Shown: positions 61,102 to 64,000 of the stretch, piece after piece
How the letters are laid out: every line of letters starts with the position of its first letter
Numbering within the stretch: the stretch's first letter is position 1
Source of the DNA: Salinibacteraceae bacterium
Lineage (GTDB): Bacteria > Bacteroidota > Rhodothermia > Rhodothermales > Salinibacteraceae
DNA length: 64,000 nt
Direction: 5' to 3'
Assembly: GCA_965215025.1 (NCBI GenBank)
Contig: CBDCCV010000001.1
Location: 234,619-298,618, forward strand
Program-made: the position numbers and the translations under genes
Notes under the pieces: generated by a model
The model's input: only the letters and a program-made list of their open reading frames with translations
What the model was told of the DNA's origin: nothing
Database searches by the model: none

Positions 61102-62964
61102 TCACATCTGCCGGGGGGCGCTCAGGCCCAGGACGGTGAGGCCGTTCCGGAGCACCGTCTGCGCGGCGCGGGCCAGGTGCATCCGCGCCGTGGCGAGCGC
61201 CTCCTCCTCGCCGATGATGCGGCAGTCGCGGTAGAAGCCGTTGAACGCCGTCGCCACGTCGCCCAGGTAGTTGGCTACGCGGTGGGGCGCCTTGGCCTCG
61301 GCGGCGCGGGCCAAGGTGGCGGGGAAACGCAGCAGCTCTTTGATGAGGGCCTCCTCGCTGGGGTGCTGCAAAAGCGCGAAGTCCGGCGCCTCAGCAAAGG
61401 CGGCGCCCGTCTCCTCGGCCTTGTCGATGATCGAGCAGATGCGCGCGTGGGCGTACTGGAGGTAGAAGACGGGGTTTTTGTCGCTCGCCTCGGTGGCCTG
61501 GTCGAGGTCGAACTCGAGGTGCGCGTTCGGGCTGCGCATGAGGAAGAAGAAGCGCACCACGTCCGGGCCGGCGTCCTGATGCGGCTCGCCGTCGGGCGCC
61601 TCCTCGGTCCGCTCGGCGGTTTTCTCAGAGAGCGCTTTCTCGGAGAGGACGGCGTTGATCTCGTCCATGAGGTCGTCCAGGGTGACGTAGGTGGCGCGGC
61701 GCGTGGACATCTTCACCGGCGCGCCCGAGCGCACGAGCGTGACGAACTGGTGGATCACCACCTCCACCCGCTGCGGATCGTGGCCCAGGACTTCGAGCGC
61801 GTTCAAGACATCCGGATACGTGGCAATGTGGTCCGCGCCGAAGACGTCAATCATCCGGTCGTACCCGCGCGCGAACTTGTCCGCGTGGTAGGCGATGTCG
61901 GGCAGGCGGTACGTCGGCTCGCCGGTGGACTTGACGAGGACGGTGTCGGCCGGCTCGCCTTCTTCGCCCGTCTTGCCAAAGCGCGAGGTCTTCAGCCACG
62001 TGGCGCCTTCTTTCTCGTAGACGAACTCCTTTTCGCGCAGGGCGCTCAGCGTCTTTTCGATCTCCCCTTTTTCGTAGAGCGTGTGCTCGTTGAAGTAGCG
62101 GTCCATGCGGATGCCCAGGCGCGCGAGCGTGGCTTCGATCTGCTCGAAGATCATCTTCTCGGCCACCTCTTTAAACGGCGCGACGTCTTCTTCGTCCAGA
62201 AGCGTGATGCCGCGCGTTTCGACGAGGTGGCGCGCGACGTCCACGACGTACTCGCCGAGGTAGCCGTCCTCGGGGAAGCTCTTGGGGACCTCGACGGTTT
62301 GGCCGTCGCCCGCGTCGATGAGCTTGGTGTCGTAGGCGTCGCAGTGCGCGTGCCAGCGCTGCTCTTCCTCGGCGGAGAAATCGAAGTAGGGCGCCATGTC
62401 CTCGTCGGCCAGAAGCTCCTCGTAGCGCGCTTTGACCGACTGGCCGAGGACGCGCATCTGCCGGCCCGCGTCGTTGAAATAATACTCGCGCTCGACGTCG
62501 TGGCCCGTCCACTCGTAGAGATTGGCCGTCGTGTCGCCGAGGACGGCGTTGCGACCGTGGCCCACGGTGAGCGGCCCGGTGGGGTTGACCGAGACGTACT
62601 CGACCAAGACGCGCTGCCCCGCGCCGCCGTCCGTGCGGCCGTAGGCGTCGCCCGCGTCGAGGATCGAGGCGAGGCCCTGCGAAAGGTGAGCCTCGGCAAA
62701 GCGGAAGTTGATGAAGCCCGGCCCGGCCACCTCGACGGCGGCGATGCGCTCGGGGTCTACACCCTCACGCAGGCGCGCGGCGAGGTCCTCAGCGATGGTG
62801 CGCGGCGGTGCCTTGAGCGCGCCGGCGAGGCGGAGCGCCGTGTTGGTGGAGAGATCGCCGTGCGTGGGATCGGCGGGCGTCTCCAGCTCCGGCTCGAAGT
62901 CGTCCGGCACGCCGTCCATTTCGCTCAGGACAGTGCGGAGGGTGTCTTTGAGGGCGTCGCGCAT
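61102..62964 (-). CDS. argS: arginine--tRNA ligase
   Basis: 620 aa; class I motifs (PTGPLTVGHGRN HIGH-like; KMSTRRATY KMSK-like). Confidence 0.93.
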   Translation of the reverse strand: MRDALKDTLRTVLSEMDGVPDDFEPELETPADPTHGDLSTNTALRLAGALKAPPRTIAEDLAARLREGVDPERIAAVEVAGPGFINFRFAEAHLSQGLASILDAGDAYGRTDGGAGQRVLVEYVSVNPTGPLTVGHGRNAVLGDTTANLYEWTGHDVEREYYFNDAGRQMRVLGQSVKARYEELLADEDMAPYFDFSAEEEQRWHAHCDAYDTKLIDAGDGQTVEVPKSFPEDGYLGEYVVDVARHLVETRGITLLDEEDVAPFKEVAEKMIFEQIEATLARLGIRMDRYFNEHTLYEKGEIEKTLSALREKEFVYEKEGATWLKTSRFGKTGEEGEPADTVLVKSTGEPTYRLPDIAYHADKFARGYDRMIDVFGADHIATYPDVLNALEVLGHDPQRVEVVIHQFVTLVRSGAPVKMSTRRATYVTLDDLMDEINAVLSEKALSEKTAERTEEAPDGEPHQDAGPDVVRFFFLMRSPNAHLEFDLDQATEASDKNPVFYLQYAHARICSIIDKAEETGAAFAEAPDFALLQHPSEEALIKELLRFPATLARAAEAKAPHRVANYLGDVATAFNGFYRDCRIIGEEEALATARMHLARAAQTVLRNGLTVLGLSAPRQM

Positions 62965-63291
62965 GGGTCGTTGCGTTGGGCATTCAGCGGGAGCTGATGA
63001 CTCAAGAACGGCGTTTGCCGCGTGGAGCGAAAGCGCGCGTGCGCTAAATCGCAGCGAATCTTGCGCACGCCCAAGCAGCGGCCTGCTTGCAAAAACGTCC
63101 GCTTCTCATCATCCTGAGCGAATGTGAAGGATCTCCCACGTTGAAAATCACCGGAACCGGGAAGATTCTTCGCCTTGCTCAGAATGACACGGGGGTGAGG
63201 TTGCAGCCTGAGAAACCGTGCAGAAGAAAGCGCCCCGCCCGGCGCGGAGCCAGGCAGGGCGCTTTCCCGATGCGATGCTGAGCGCGGCGTG

Positions 63292-64000
63292 TCACTTCAC
63301 CACGACGAGCTTGCCGCTCTCGGCGAAGACCTCGCCCGCGCGCAGGCGGTAGACGTAGACGCCGCTCGGCAGCTCACTCGCGTCAAACGTGGCGCGGTGG
63401 TACCCCGCCGGTCGCTCCCTGTCTACGAGGTGCGCTACCTCACGGCCCAGCGCGTCGTAGACGGCAAGCTCGACGTGTGCCGCCTTTGGGAGCGCGTAGC
63501 GGATCTGCGCCCCGGAGCGCGCCGGGTTAGGGTAGCTCCCCTCTAGAGCGAACGCCTCCGGCAAAGCCGCTCCGCCCTCACCCATCAGGCATGGTCGGGG
63601 CGCGTCCAGACCGGCATCATTCCCTGCGGAGCCGCCGCTTGACTCACCGCCTGCCGTAGTGGGACCGCAGCCTCCGCCGCCGCCGTCAATCACGTGCACG
63701 CTCAGTTGGTCGGAGTCGCTTTCGCCGCCGCGCGTGACCGTGACTTTGATGTCGTGGTCTCCAGGCTGATGCCATGCGTGGCTATAGCTGGACGAGTTGT
63801 AACCGACCTCGATCCAGTTGGACCATCCGTCGTTGCGGCGGTACCATTGGTACTCGTAGGAGCCGCCCTCGCCGCCGGTGGCGTCTGAGTTCCAATAGCC
63901 AGTCTGGTCCTGGCTTAGCGTGACGGAGCCGCTGAGGTTGGCGCGCACGGGTGGCGCGGGCGGATCGCCTTCTGTACCAATGGCCGTGTAGGCGATCTGA
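63292..64000 (-). CDS. T9SS-secreted protein, C-terminal part (N-terminus beyond window), with Por_Secre_tail domain
   Basis: ...ALPEAFALEGSYPNPARSGAQIRYALPKAAHVELAVYDALGREV...VYVYRLRAGEVFAESGKLVVVK, ~85% identical to CTD of 43358..45706. Confidence 0.7.
   Translation of the reverse strand, partial: QIAYTAIGTEGDPPAPPVRANLSGSVTLSQDQTGYWNSDATGGEGGSYEYQWYRRNDGWSNWIEVGYNSSSYSHAWHQPGDHDIKVTVTRGGESDSDQLSVHVIDGGGGGCGPTTAGGESSGGSAGNDAGLDAPRPCLMGEGGAALPEAFALEGSYPNPARSGAQIRYALPKAAHVELAVYDALGREVAHLVDRERPAGYHRATFDASELPSGVYVYRLRAGEVFAESGKLVVVK

Noticed and set aside
60125-62997. ORFs 60125..61234(+) and 60997..62997(+)
   Set aside because: Antisense to ftsX and argS.

Overview
High-GC (~66%) bacterial chromosomal segment. 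The content points to a Rhodothermus/Salinibacter-like member of the Bacteroidetes/Rhodothermaeota lineage: two proteins end in a T9SS-type C-terminal sorting domain, RpoD is the short Bacteroidetes form, ProRS is the archaeal/eukaryotic-type class II enzyme, and TAnnTTTG-like -7 promoter boxes are present. Most of the window is ordinary housekeeping and envelope genes: tsaD, mltG, proS, a TonB-dependent receptor, amt, NfeD/flotillin, rpoD, folP, cdaA, pcm, deoB, ftsX and argS. Several stretches, however, carry accessory or rearranged content: (1) two different IS elements sit within about 300 bp of each other, an intact IS982-like element and an IS630-like element that splits an ltrA gene and itself carries a premature in-frame stop; (2) a low-GC islet carries a BrnT/BrnA toxin-antitoxin pair and a putative HEPN-motif (Rx4H) protein, embedded between the functional flotillin 3' end and a decayed duplicate of that same 3' end; (3) an anciently duplicated cassette of lipoprotein plus M4-type metallopeptidase, each copy preceded by a highly conserved leader with a C10 homopolymer, lies downstream of a 994-aa outer-membrane protein with an unusual HExxH + PD40 + Omp85-barrel architecture; (4) a ~700-bp low-GC segment of unknown nature lies after proS; (5) a family of GACGAC/GTCGTC palindromic intergenic repeats, a 27-bp x5 tandem repeat inside a small ORF, and a trio of G5/C5 hairpins are present. 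No tRNA, rRNA or CRISPR array was recognised. Long antisense ORFs in the six-frame track are treated as high-GC artefacts.
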